DNA of 64,000 nucleotides from Glaucostegus cemiculus (lineage: Eukaryota): positions 12,028,001 to 12,092,000 of the forward strand of contig CDPCPM010000050.1 of the NCBI GenBank assembly GCA_976551045.1, given 5' to 3'. The notes below the pieces were generated by a model. The model worked only from the letters and a program-made list of their open reading frames with translations, had not been told where the DNA came from and made no database searches. Position 1 is the stretch's first letter. The number at the start of each line of letters is the position of its first letter. The translations under genes were made by a program, and so were the position numbers. This document shows positions 38,900 through 52,378 of the stretch, one piece after another.

Positions 38900-39560
38900 T
38901 GCTTACCCAATGTGTTATGTCATCTGCTGTGGGCTCAACTGGAACTTCAAAACAGGGCATGGAAGGTATTACCTGTTGATCTCTTGGTCATTCTGAATCT
39001 CATCTCTTAACCAATAGGGACTTTCTCAGCTGCAGTGACAATATTGCTCAGGCTGCTGTGATGAGAAAACTACCAATTCTCACCATGTCAGGGAGAACAT
39101 TATTTCTCCAAAATGCAATGAAATAAGAAGGAGAGATGACCAAACTCTGCTAGCATTGCAGGCTGAGAATACAGTGCCAATTATCTGTGCCTGACTTTCC
39201 AGCAGTAGTTGAGATTCAATCATGCTGCACCAGTCCTCAGCATCTCCTAATGAAAACCAAGTCATCATGATGCAGCCTGGCTTCTGGGTGTCAAGGGAAA
39301 TCCCCTCCACAAATTGCTCATGACAATTGTCAACAACCAGTCACAGCCACAGAGGTGGCATGAAAGAAGACCCTTGCTAACACAAGGCATGTCATCAAGC
39401 AGATGGTATGCTCAAGCAATGCCTCTTTTGCTTGAACCATTGCAGCACAGTCCTGACTGTATTTAGATTTGCAGTTATTTGCTGCATAACTTTGCCATAA
39501 TGAGACACTGGACCTTACCTTCGCCTGTGTAATGAGCAGGAGGAGGAAGAGGAGGAAGAG
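38900..39560 (+). mobile_element. PIF/Harbinger transposase relic
   Basis: From 39278 reads WLLGVKGNPLHKLLMT (compare WLLGDKGYPLxxWLMTP), then TRHVIKQ and GMLKQCLFCL (compare TRNVIEQTIGMLKxRFRCL), then an acidic tail. Frameshifted. Confidence 0.7.
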
Positions 39561-41699
39561 CAACTGTCAACTCCCTGATTTTTAGAACATTTCCAAAAGC
39601 AATTCAAGTGAATCATTCTTCTAATTTCTAGTAAGTCAATAGTCCTGAACTCTTTATCACTACCAGCATCCAATTGATTCCCTTTAGTCCAACCTGATGA
39701 GTCTTCATTCTAATCTATTGGGTCTTGCTCTCACTTCATTACAGGTATTACCACCAAACTAAATCCTGGAATTATCTAATATCTCTATTCTGTCTATGTA
39801 TGATATGTTACAGAAATATTTGAGGATCACCTTTCTGAACCAATCCTGTGTTCTGCCTTGTTTGCTCATTTATCTACCCTAAGTGCTCCCCAAAATTTTT
39901 CCTCAATGAGTGCAGCTTGGGAGAGGGAAGGCTGCTGAGTTACTCTTGAAGACTCTTCATATGACTGTTGTGACTGACTTCAAGCAGCCTTGAATCCCGA
40001 GGACCCGAGCTACAGAACTGTAACATCTCATGTTGGACCTGGACAGTTTGGCACAACTTGTTATATACGGCAAAAAAATTATAGAATGTGTAATGTAGAA
40101 CAAGGTATGGTACCATCCAAAGAGAGGGCAGCCAAGCAGTACAGACCACTCTCTAAATTGGTACCTCATCTGTCATACAGCCATCTCTGTCATTTTCAAT
40201 TATCTGTTTACTCATTCCATGTCAGATAGACTGGTTTGCTAGCTGCCCATGAATTTGTTTCAGGAGCTTGACCCTTGAAAGCAGCATTTGAATCTATAGC
40301 AACAGATTAAGCAATCTTGTCCTCCAACAAGCAGACATCTGCACCATGCTGTGCCTTGTGAGTATTTGTGCCCAATGATCCACCATATGAAGGCCCCGTG
40401 TCTCGGCCATGCATGATGCCACTCACTGAGCAGAATCAAATCGAATGAAACTTCACATTCTGTGAAGCAACCACCTCTTCCTAATATAGCACAACTTCTG
40501 CTACTTGCAGTATCTGAAATGAAGGAGAAGCTCAGTGGTTGGTAAAAGCAGCTGCAGTTTATCATAGGGAATGGAAAGATAAAGAGCAAAAAGAAAAGGG
40601 AAAGGTGTAAGGAAGTGCTGTGCAGAACTTCCTTCACCTTTACCACTTACCGATCCAGTACTGACCCCCTACTCACAGCATGTCTTCTTCCAGAGGCTCT
40701 GCATCTGATGAGTTCATCCTGCCTGATATTGTGCACACCCGTGGAATAAAGAAGGGAGTATATCTGTGAAAGCAATGTAAGAAGTCTTAAGAATGTTCTT
40801 GATTTGGTCAGATAGTTTCTGTGGTGTGTGGAAGTTAAGCAGCCTGGCAAAGTGAGCATAGCCTAAGTGAGAGTAAGAGATAAGAGTGAGTGAGAAGAAG
40901 GTCAAAGATGCAAAGTGAAGAAACGGTCCCAATAATATCACAGACAAATATAAAGTAACATAAGCAAACTGATTTTTAATATGCTCTATTTAATTTTCTG
41001 CAATTAAAAATAAATCTTCAGTGAATCTTTGAAAAATATTCAATATTAGTTATGAATGGCTCCCTTTATAAATATTTATATAGCTATATGTATTTCCTGT
41101 CAGCAGTTTAAAGGACAACATGATATGAATGTATGGATTGCAGAAATATTTTCTTCTTTACCAGTATTAACAAAAGCATAATTCTTCAACACTGGGTGAT
41201 AGCTACAATAAAATTATAACACTTGTGTGATTTGCCTGCTGATAGTCAAACTCTCCAAATATATCCAGTGGCCAACCAACACAAATCTGTAAGACCTCTG
41301 TCTCTTGCAGCATCCTATTGTTATGCTACCTCCCAAACAAAGAAGAACAAAAAGTGTTCCACAATTTAATAGGAGGGTCATGATCAAGGCCACTGAATAA
41401 CAATTTTTTCTTGAAAATAGGATGGAATCACAGGAGAGAAACTCTCAAACAATTGCAAATGCTTAGGAAATCAAATAATAAAATGCTGACATTCTGATGC
41501 CACAGAACAATGAGTGCTATTTTAAACACAGTATGTGATGTCACAATACAAGTTCAGAGCTCATTTGATAGAAAGTGAATTTAACATATTCTGTCATTGT
41601 AAACCAATGTCCTGGGTAACATCATTGCCCTTAAAAAGTCATGTATATCATTTTAAATTTTTTAGTTTTTCTGTATTACTGCTTAGAGAATGTTATAGG

Positions 41700-42300
41700 A
41701 ACATAAACAGAAAATACTGGAAACTTTCAGCAGATCAGGCAGTATCTGTGCAAAGAGAAATAGAGTTAATTGTTTAGGTTGAAGACTCATCATCAGAACA
41801 AGGAAAGGAAAAAAAGAAGTTAATTTTAATTTGCAATGAGGTAGGGGAAGGATGGAAATGATAAAGGGAATATCTGTGATAGAGCGAGACCAGGTCAAAT
41901 GAGTTAATGGGGGCAGTTAGGTGGTGATTATGTCTTTGTGTTTGTGTCATGTGTTGCTCATAACACAGTTGTGGGATAGGCTGTACTAATGGAGAGAAAA
42001 ACTGAGCCAATATCACAAATGGCCTGTTTTAAGTCAGAGATAACAAGTTACCTAGAGTTGGAGAATTGAATACTGAGTACAGAAGACTGCAATGTGCCCA
42101 GACAGAAAATGAGGTACTGTTCCTCAAGCTTGTATTGGGCATCATTGTAGCAGGCCACAGAGATAGATGCTCAGTGTGGTAGTGGAAAGGAGATATAAAG
42201 TGGCAGGCAACAGAAAATTCAGGATCACTCCTTCAAACTGAACACGTGTGCTTGGTTTCTTCAGTGCAGAGGAGACCATATTGTGAACACCAGATGCAGG
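41700..42300 (-). mobile_element. Penelope-like retroelement 3' part (GIY-YIG endonuclease relic plus terminal repeat)
   Basis: Minus-strand CIWCSQYGLLCTEETK (compare CIRCSxCGLLYIGETK), SVACHF and KLEEQYLIFCLGTLQ. Terminal repeat with CTGATGA at about 41790-41796. Confidence 0.85.
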
Positions 42301-42389
42301 AAGACCACTTCAGCTAAATCACTGAATTCAGGCATTGAACTCACACCCATGAATACACAGCCATGGATTAATTCAGCTCCGTGGCAATG

Positions 42390-42680
42390 TTAATTTCACA
42401 ATTCTCGCCCTTGTTTTCAAATCCTTCCCAATCAATATAATGTTCTCCTGTTCTATACCCTTCCATGATTTCTGTGCTTTCCAATTCCCAACCGTCTTTT
42501 GTATCCCAGCTTTACATGTTCGGCCCCATATGGTGCCCACTTGGCTAAGCCCTGGTCTTCCCTCCCTAAATCCTTTCTGCCGCTTCTGCCTTGAGATACC
42601 CCTTTAACCACTGGTTCTTTAGCCAGGTGCTTGGACACCTGACCTAATATGTCAATCGTACTATTTAAAGGCAAATTATT
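42390..42680 (+). mobile_element. L2-type LINE 3' fragment (diverged)
   Basis: aattctcgcccttgttttcaaatcctt...ccctccctaaatcc...tttagccaggtgcttggacacctg resembles an L2 ORF2 C-terminus and tail. Confidence 0.55.
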
Positions 42681-42769
42681 TTTGCTTTATTTATTATTGT
42701 CTATTTAATAATTTAAACATGTTTCTCTTTGTGTAAGGCAAAGAAAATAATCCAAAAGCAATCTTTTAA

Positions 42770-43125
42770 GCATGCTGGAAATCTGAAATAAAAACCGAAA
42801 ATGCTGGAAGTACTTAACAATTCAGGTAGTGTCTGTGGAGATAGAAACAGATCAATATCCCTAAAGTTAGAGAAAAAACAATGCTTAAGTTACAAAGAAA
42901 GTGAGGGGGGCATAAAAATCAATAAAGGTGAACGAGGTAAAGTAACAAATGGAAATCCCATCAGAGGGAGAGCAAAGCTTCTTTATGGTGACATTCCTGG
43001 AAGGAAGTGGGAGTGAATTAAACAATAATCCAAAAGTAAAATGCTGCAGTTGCCAGAAATCTGAAATAAAACAAAACAGAGAAGTACTCAACAGATCAGT
43101 CAGCATCTGCGACAAGAGAGAATAA
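42770..43125. mobile_element. Two Penelope-like terminal-repeat fragments
   Basis: atgctggaaatctgaaataaaaaccgaaaatgctggaagtact at 42.77 kb and a related copy at 43.04 kb. Confidence 0.65.
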
Positions 43126-43893
43126 ACTTGCTGTTGTAAGGTTAATGATGATATTTAATGTAATATTCTTGGTGGATCAATACATAAATGTATCGTACAG
43201 AGAGGGAGTAACCTAATGAACTATTTACTACTATGTATGAATTTTGAATTAAACAGAAATACAATCTCCTGGAGTGGTGGGACCAGCAATGGAGTCACTT
43301 CTTGTTTGCAATTCCAGATGGCTAGAAAACTACTGCCTGTTCAAGGGAGAGGTCATCAGCTGGAGTAGCATAGACATTTTATCCTTTTGTTTCTTAAATG
43401 CAACTGAATGATGACCTGAGATATGGTTTCAAAGAAACGATGACAAGGGCACACAGGTTCACACCAGCAAATGACAAGTCTAGAATTTTTGTCAAGACAC
43501 TCTTCAGCCAAAGTTTGATCAAAATACAGAATGGGATCTCAGATCGCACAAACCTAATATTACTTTTAAATAATGATAGATTGTCAAGATCTATGAGATT
43601 ATATAGTCTTTCTTCATGGATAGGCTAAAATTGGTTTCCTAGTTTGAACATACAGTTATGGAGTTCGTGATTTTATGACCTTCAATGTGTGCATGTATGT
43701 TGGGGAGAGGGAATAAACTTGTGAGTGCTAAAGGCAATTAGAATATTTGATATAATGTTTGGGTACAGGCACCCAATGTGTCCCTTAAGTACTTGTCTCA
43801 TTACAGGGACTGCAGTGGCGAGAAGCAAACTTACAAAACATAGCACTAAAGCAACTATGGAAGCAGAGTTTGTATGTACACAGTCTTTTATCT

Positions 43894-44106
43894 GGTGACA
43901 CAAGAGACTGCAGATGCTGGAATCAGGAGAAAAAAAATGAGCTGCTGGAAGAGATCAGCAGGTCAGACAGCATCTGTAGGGGGAAATGAAAATCCAGATG
44001 AAGTGCTGAAGTCCAGATCAAGTGTCTTGACCCAAAACATTGACTGTCCATTTCCCTTTACAGCTGAAGCCTTACCTGTTGAGTGCCTCTAGCAGCTCAT
44101 TTTTTT
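43894..44106. mobile_element. Penelope-derived foldback element with 11-bp target-site duplication
   Basis: Inverted arms about 43930-43988 and 44049-44106. Flanking direct repeat GTCTTTTATCT at 43883-43893 and 44107-44117. Confidence 0.85.
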
Positions 44107-47100
44107 GTCTTTTATCTAATGTTACAAAGCTTTGATGACATCATGACACCATGGCTACCCTTTTTGAAAGTCATGTTCCAAATAGCCAGTATTAAAAGCC
44201 AGCACTGCTATCTGCCAACAAACCCAGAAATAGTCATGTAGACCCATAATAAACCAGATTCATGAGGCTTTTTGGCAGGATAAGGTCACTAAATGTAAAC
44301 ATTTAAAGCAGAAAGTTAATTCACAGATGACAATCAACTAAAATAATTCTCAGTATAAAGTTCCTTTTTAATTAGGTCTGGTGGATATAAAGCCCACTGA
44401 TTACAAAATAAGGGGTACCATACCTGAGACAAATCCCAAGGTAAAAGCCTTCTTCTGGGAAAAGTATCCAAATGTTCACTTAGAGCAAATAATCCAGAGA
44501 TTGTTTTTACATTAGGATAGCAAGAGGTATGATGGTTGAATTTTGGATTTGATGGTTAGATTTTGGCACTGAATTGATACTATACACGGGAAATTTGGAT
44601 AACATTTCTACTCATTAACTAGAGCTTATATGTGTCTGTGTGTGTGCATACACAGTATAGTTCATACATCTGTAATTTTGATGCTTTTGAATGTCACCCC
44701 AAGAGAGGAAATGCTACATGAAGAATGGTCATGAAGCAATGATGTTGGCAGTAAAACCACAGACTCCAATATACTCCAATCTGTCCTTTGTTTATATAAA
44801 ATTAACATCTTAATCTCTGTACTGATTTTCAGGAGTCTGTTTGCTACTTTTTGGGTTTTTGTTATAATCATGTGATAGTTCTGCCTCAGTAAACTCAATG
44901 TTTTTTCCCACGTGACAACGTAATACAATCAAGATTCATTCAGAATCAGTCCACTGTTTTTATTTTGGAAAATGGTGAGGGAGTAAAATGGTAAAACAAT
45001 AGATCCAAAAGATCTATCTGCATTTTATTTAAATGAGACATTTTTCATAAACTGAGCTTGTAATAAATCATTTCATTGTTTCTTTGGGCATTCTTGCTCT
45101 CTCTGACCTGCAATGATTCTCATCTGAAAGATCAGCTTTCCAACATTGTCAGTTGACAACAACAAGACCAAAATGGCAAAAAAAAAACAGTCTGATAACT
45201 TACACAGGCTAATGATAATATTTGTCTCACCTAAACATGAAGTTCATTGTTTTCAACAGTGGGCTCAGTGCAGTATTCAGCCAACTATGCACGTATCATG
45301 TCAGAAGCATTAATACGGTGAAAAACAAACTTGTGAACTTTAGAGCTAAGAGAATGCATTGGTTCTATATGGGTCAACAACTAGTACTGAATACCAGAGC
45401 AATGCATTATCCACTTCAAAATGCATTGCATCATTCATATATCATGACAGTGATGCTTGTCATTTGTCATGCCTGGCATCCAAAATAACCCTAAGGCTTT
45501 TTTCTAAGTTGTGCAGTTTGTCCCAACGAACATAGAAAGCACTTTCCCTAAAGTAGATTTCTAGCATCCCGCCAGGTACACTGCAGACATGCAGCATTTT
45601 TTTGTTATTTCAGTGACAGAAGACATATTCCCACCAAGAAATTGCAACATAAACTAAATCATGTTCCTGTTCACTTCACTATCATAACTGTATAAATATT
45701 TGCATTTGTTCTGAGTTGTGTCTTCTCTAAAAGAAAATCTATGTGAATGAATGCCATACTGTAAACATCAGGTTAACTGCTTGAATAACTGAAAGTCATT
45801 GACTTTATAGTCTCTTGGATTAATTTCCTTTTAATGGTAAACTACAGACTTTCTTTTTCATTCACTGTGTACTGTTAAATAAATTAGTGTAGCAAGTAGA
45901 TGATGCAATGGATTAAGCAATTTTTCATCTTTACAATTTGTCAAAATGAGATGGAAATCTTTTCCACTGACTCAGTCAGTTGCAGTATGTATTTGAGTAG
46001 CACCAATCCAGTTATGAATGTCTATTGGTCTATAGGACAAAACTGACCACGTGTTTGCCCTAATGGGGAGTCTAAGTCCAAGAGGTTTCTGCAGAAATTG
46101 TGAAAATGCATGGTGCTGAGGCATGTTGGTAGAACAGAGCAGAGAGACTTTTACTTTCTATCCAACTGTAGTAGTCTGACTGTAGGAACTGGAGTTGGAG
46201 GAAGTCCATTCTCCATCCCCCACATGATACCTTCATTAAAGTCATAAGTACAGTTTAATAGTACACCCTTGGTTGCAAATACCTTCAAGAAACAGGGATG
46301 GCCACATCATTACAGAACTCTGAGAGGATGTCATGCTCCTCCATTACTATTATGTACAAATATATCTTCACGAACAGCTGTAGTTTTATCACATGAAGTT
46401 CAATGTCTTAAATCAAATCTTTGATATTTACTAGAAATTCAGCAGTTATGTTTTTCATAGATTTGAGAGGTTCCTGCAATTTATTGGCAACAGGGTCTTA
46501 TCCCAGACATGTGTGCCGATGGAACCACTGTCTGTCAGGTAGCTTAGCTCTAGATCGGACTGGTAAGATTCTGAAGATCAATTAATCCGTGTGTGTTCTT
46601 CCGAATCTAGTAGTTCGGCTGGCAGAAAAAAATAAGTCGTAAAACGGTTGTGTTTGATCTAGTGATGGATTTTTCACCCTTTCAACCAACGTGATGACAA
46701 TTTGTCCACAGTAGTCGGTGTTAAACACATGGGAAGCATGTAAGTAATAAGTAAAACATTCTATAGAATGTACATTTTCTATTTATAGCGCAAGTATATC
46801 CTGAATAAAGAAGTAAACAGTTTCGAGTCTGAGGAAGTCGCATATACAAGAGGCTAAGGTGATGCACTAAGCCATTGGGAAAGGTGGATTTTATCTCCAG
46901 CTATTATCCTATAATTTTAAAAAGCTCAAATAAACTCGGCAGAAAGAAATCAACTATCTGAGGAATATGAGAAACATAAGAACATAAAAACGTTTAAAAA
47001 GACAGAAGGTGGAAGAACGGGCTGTCACATAATACAGACACACTCGGATATTCTTCCCAGAGTTAACTGAATGCTCTGCATATTAATTATATGTCGACAT

Positions 47101-48129
47101 TGTCCTATACCCTAAATAGACCGGGCGTTTCCATTATATTTTTAATGGTCACTGCTTTATTAGTTGCTTGATGTAAACTGAACGAAGCTAGATTGTAGAC
47201 GACAGGAAATAATTGTCACTGTGATAATTGAATCTTTAGATTTGAGGGTAAAACAATAGTAGACCAGAGTTAAGTATGAATTTGCTGTTAATATAATTGA
47301 CTTGCAACATGAAATGAACAAAATTTTCTACATTTTCATCTACACAAACTGGTCCAACGATTTAAAATGCTGGAGGCCGGTTCTCATTTGCTGATATGAA
47401 ATATTTTATTTGTTCCCTGCTACATACATAAAACGCTTCTAAGTATCAAAAAACTTCCGATACTCACTCGTTCCGTATCAGCTGAAGTTATAATACTCGC
47501 AGATCCCCCAAAGAACTTTGATAAAATCAGTCCCACCCGGGGGTTGGTCTTTAGATCGGAATGAACTAAATGGTCAATTTCACTTAAAGCAATTTCACTG
47601 AAATTGAAACCTCCTCTGTACCGCGTTGCGTTACTTCAAGCGTTGGACATGCTTTGAACGTCTTCTTGTCATGTAGCATCCAGGTGGATTAATTGCTACA
47701 AATTTTAAACTCAGAATATAAAAATAGACTTGGAGGACCCGAATCTTTCCTTAATCCAGATTTTCTTTGAATAATCAAAGCAAACAGAGTAGTCCTCGTT
47801 CTTATCACGGCCCTCAAATGGTTAATGGTACAATTAGAACCGGATGGTTCAAGTTTGCAATCTTTGATGTCCCAGACTTTCTCTGGCCACTCTTTTGGTC
47901 CAGGTGAAGCACTGCTGTATCATTTATCCATTCATATATGGATCGCGCAGCGGAGTGGAACTAATATGAATAAGTCCTAAATCACTCCTGTAAAATGCTA
48001 AACTGAAGCTGCAAGTATGCTAACTGGCACTGCGGACTGCAAACGGGATCTCATCTGTAATTCTTCTTATCTTCAACTTTGAGAGAAACTGGGGCTTTAT
48101 TCGTGGAATATTCTGTAATGATAATATCA

Positions 48130-48450
48130 GCCACTTACGTTTACACACCAGTTTAAAGCGCTGAAAGGTCACAAGGAAGACCATTATGAGAAATTTGATA
48201 CCAAGCTACATGAAGAGATGGAAGAGAGATGACTAGAACTTTGTGAAAGGAAGTGGCTTACGACGAGCTTCTTAAAACAGTAAAACAAAGATGTAGAGCT
48301 TTAGAGAGGGACTGGCAGAGTTTAAGGGGCTCGACAGCTGTGGGCATGATTGTCGACGATTGTGCGGAAGAAGTTGGTGATGTTCAAGAGCCGCGAACTG
48401 AAAGCGCGCAGATATTTCGAGGGATTGTAGAGCAGAGCTGAGATTTAAAC
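48130..48450 (-). mobile_element. Old L2-like LINE 3' fragment
   Basis: Diverged reverse-strand resemblance to the L2 tail at 42.4-42.7 kb. Confidence 0.4.
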
Positions 48451-48851
48451 CCCTGCTTGAAAAAAGTCTCTCAATCCCAGATCTATCCTTTGATATCGAC
48501 CGTTAATTTACCTCCTGGCGGGAGCTAATGATTAACACACATGCCCTCAGTATTCAGGGTGTGACATGCAGCCAGTGACAGCCCTTGCTTGCTTTGCAGG
48601 TATTGACAGGGCTGTTAATATATACATAGGGGCGGTTGCAGCTTCTAAGCACCTGTAAAAGAGTTCGCTTTTCTCACCGTGGACAATGAGTGAAAATGAC
48701 CCCTCCTGTGGGCTGCTCCGGCAAACAGCCAAAGAAAATCAAACCGGCCTCTCCCAGACTGAGTCTAACCAAGGAGAGTGTGTATTGCGGGAACCGCACA
48801 GTTAATACTCCTGTTTACAACAGAAAAGCACACAGAAAAGCAGAAAGGCGT

Positions 48852-49086
48852 ACAGAAACGCACCAGCACTTTAAATGTCCGCTGCCAGTTTGCTCATTTT
48901 AACACTATTTATTTGTTGCATAATTTAATTTAATTTTTGTGGTTTTAATGTTTTTTTTAGTGTGTGTCAGTGTGCCTCTTCTGTTTGATATTTAATGTGA
49001 CGTGCACCTGAGGAGGACGGTATCTCGCTCCTATGCATACTGTGTGTTTATATGGTTGTGACAATAAAACTGATTCTGATTCTGAT
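48852..49086 (+). mobile_element. Rex1/Babar LINE 3' UTR fragment
   Basis: Homologous to 56058-56344; ends aataaaactgattctgattctgat. Confidence 0.85.
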
Positions 49087-50119
49087 ACAGTTCAGAACAA
49101 TCGAATTGCTGTACAGAATTCGTTTGGAACGTGATCCCTCATATAAAATATTACGATTATGATTTTTTAAAAAGGGAAATATTAAGATATTATTGTGAAA
49201 GATTGCCCACGAGAACCACGTTGTTTAGGTCAACGAATCAGAGCCAATGTGCTTGTGAAAAAGGCAGATCCCTTCAGAAAAGCTCAATCTGTCCGAAGGA
49301 GATCGGCTTCAGCTTGAGACCAATCCTCACTTCTAGCGGGGGAAGGATCAGGCTCCCCAATTGAACATGTTATTAACACGGTAAGAGCGGGTGTATAATT
49401 GAAAGGATGTCATGAGGTTCTGTACTCATCGAATCCTGCCGAGAACTTTGAAATCGGGGATCACCGAAGCCCTTGGATTCTGGGATGGAGAGTTTGCAAC
49501 CTGGCTCGGCCACACGTGACCCTTTCCATCGGCTATCAGAGAAGTTTACACAGTTCTTATCGCTGCAATATTGGGATAAGGTTATTGCCTAGCGAAGCGA
49601 AGCAAACATCAGGTTCTGGAGAGGTGTTACACAACGCTGCAGAGCCTCCTTTCTCTGCTAGTGTTTTAACAGCTGCCTGGTTGAAGTCACTATCCATGTC
49701 TTGTCCAATGCGAGATAACAGCTGCTACTGCAAAACACGGGGAGAGTGGGTGGGTGTTAAATTCGACAGTATCCCCAATCCACACCCCTCCCCCATCAAA
49801 TGAGGACAGGAATCGCGATTCCTGATTCCAGGACGGGCAGCAGCCTAAGTTCTCCAAGTCAGAGCTGACCGTAGGAACCAGTATTAATCCAAGTTAAACC
49901 CCACTACAAGGCATTTCACACTTGTTACAGGGTAAATGCCCTGTTGTTGCAATAGTTGGTAAAAAAAAACATCGGGGAAGTTAATCTGACTAGGAAAAGA
50001 GGTGCAATGGTCCAACTCCGAGTGGTTTCTCCTGACATCAAGGCTCATTCTGGAGACCTGGTAAAACTGAAGTCAGTGGAATCAAGAACACCCTCAGTCC
50101 CGTGCATTGCTGCAAGAGC

Positions 50120-50530
50120 TCCTCAGTAAGTACCCCAGTTCCCCAGCAACCTACTTCAACTGCTTTCATCAAATGATGTTCCTTCCATAATAACATTAGA
50201 AAAGGGGATGTTCCCTGTGCAGATTGTTAACTGGGGCAGCCACAGATACCAATAGCTACAAGGGCAGGCTGGCTTTGGTGAGTGACTTACCTCCTGACTC
50301 CTCAGAGCCTTTCCACCACATACCAGGCACAAGTCAAGACTGTGATGGAGTATTGACCACCTGCCTGGATGACTGCAGCTTCAACACTAAAGAAGCTCAG
50401 GATAAAGCAGGTCACATGATGGGCATGTTAATCCACCACAATAAATATTTACTCCCTCCACTACCATGCACTGTGTATTAATGAAGTACGCTGCTATAAG
50501 TCACCAAGGCTATTCCCACAGCAGCACCAC
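50120..50530 (+). mobile_element. Degenerate non-LTR retrotransposon RT fragment (CR1/L2 group)
   Basis: Decayed VPQ...FxNDxPS and LTPQSLSTTYQAQVKTVMEY-like segments. Confidence 0.55.
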
Positions 50531-52378
50531 TTCAGCACCAGCAACAGAGAAGTGCAGCCATTCTCCCTGAAGGTAAGGGGGAGGTGGTGTGTGCCATAAT
50601 TGAAACAGCTGTTACTTAGACTTTGACCATTGATGGAGCTGAACTAATAGTTGATGCTGCCCTTACATTCATCCTCCTTCTCATATCCCACTTCCCACTC
50701 ACCCTGTAATCACTTCTGACTTGCAGGTTGCTGTCGATGACACCTCCTCACCATCACCAGCCCTCACCACAACCCTGCAACCTGGCCAGCCAGTGTCTGA
50801 AGGACAAGAAGAGGGTGAAAATAAAGGCACATCTTCATTTATTTTTACATTGGGCACAAGTGCTCTATAGTCAGGGCAGCAGAAATTGGCACCTCCTCTC
50901 CAGGCTCTCCAAAGGGTGAAATCGGACATGAGCTCAGTTCCAGAGGACCCGGATGAGGATGTTGCTGAGGCAGCCCTTGGGAATATGATGGAGGTCCATA
51001 ATGAAGTGTGTGCTACCCGGGAAGGTCAGCCTGAAAACCCATGTGTGATGTCAAGGAGCATGGAGGAACCTGGCACTAACCTTGCTCAGGGATTTGCATA
51101 GAGCATGGAGCTTATTCTTCTGGCTTGGAAATGGTGGGTAACTTCATTAGCATGCGAGAGCACAGTCATTATGCAGCATTCAACAGCCAGTAGTTTACCT
51201 TCCTTTGGACAGACAACAAAGTCACCTAAGTCTAAGAGCTGCTTCCATGGCTCTGGGTGCCAGTGTACAAAGGACTTTAACAGGTGGTAAAGCAATGCAG
51301 CAATCTGTCTTCCACCCAGCTTACTGATATGTCATCCCAGGGGAGAGCACTGGCCCCACAGAGCAGAAATCTGCTGTCCTCTCTTCCTGATCCCACCACT
51401 GCCACTGCATCGGTCCCTTGCTTGTGGCTGCCAGCCCAGACTGCCAGTATTCATGCCAAGATCACACAGCCCAACTTTAGGCTGTGCAAGCCCAGAGCTG
51501 CTGGAGGTCAGCCTACAGGACCATCTGCAGTCTCCTTCACTGAAAGTCACCAGCCGTACTGCAGTAGCACTGCATCGATCCACCAGGGCAGCCAGGGGCA
51601 TACAGAAGGTCAGCGCTAAGGAATTGCACATTGGTGATTAGCTGACGTCTCTCTACAATATGGCATGCTTTGATTTATAACCTTGGCTAAGTCTGTTTAT
51701 TTTGTGCTGACCTTTATTTTTGCACTGTGGCCAAGTAGAAGCAGAGGGAAATTAAGATGTGAAAAAGTTGGCGAATGAAGAATTTGCGTTGGGTTTACTG
51801 CTACTACAGTCAGGTGTTGTTCACGGACTGTCTGGCCAGGAAAGGGCGATCTGTGATGTCTCCTCCTTTCGTCTTTCTCTTCTTCCTTGTCACTCCTATT
51901 CTTCTTCATCGCCTCCTTCTCCTCCTCCACAGCAGCTGAGCATAGAGCTAGTGGCAGGACCTGTGCCTCTGTTATAATGAGGTTCGGCAGCTGATAGCAG
52001 ATGTCCATGTATCTTACCAGCCTTTCTGCCTCAAATAGCAAGGCTCCTCCAAACCAGTCCAAGTAGCAGAGTCATTGCTACAGTTTGCTCCACTTTTTGT
52101 GTGTTTTCACTATATAAATGAACATATATTTTGATATTACACTGGAGCCACTGGTCAAATTAAACTCAGATAATCCTTGTTGTCCAGGAGCTACCTTCTA
52201 CAGTAGGTTTCCATAGAATGAGTACATCACAACTGCTGCAAGGATGCTGAACAATAATCTGCACAATGCATTGTCAACACTCACCCCCACCAGCTGGACT
52301 TTAAGGGGCTCTGCTGTGCTCCACCCCAGTATTGACATGCAACATCCAAAAACTGTTCTACACGCTGCCCGCAGCAGC

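Noticed and set aside
39690-40770. CTGATGAG motifs at about 39694 and 40705 as intact hammerhead ribozymes
   Set aside because: No stem II followed by GAAA at a suitable distance; I found no intact hammerhead in the window.
26347-48521. CTCF-like motifs (CCATCAGAGGGGCG at about 26348; CCGCCAGGAGGTA on minus at about 48509-48521)
   Set aside because: Mismatches at core positions; needs PWM scoring or ChIP.
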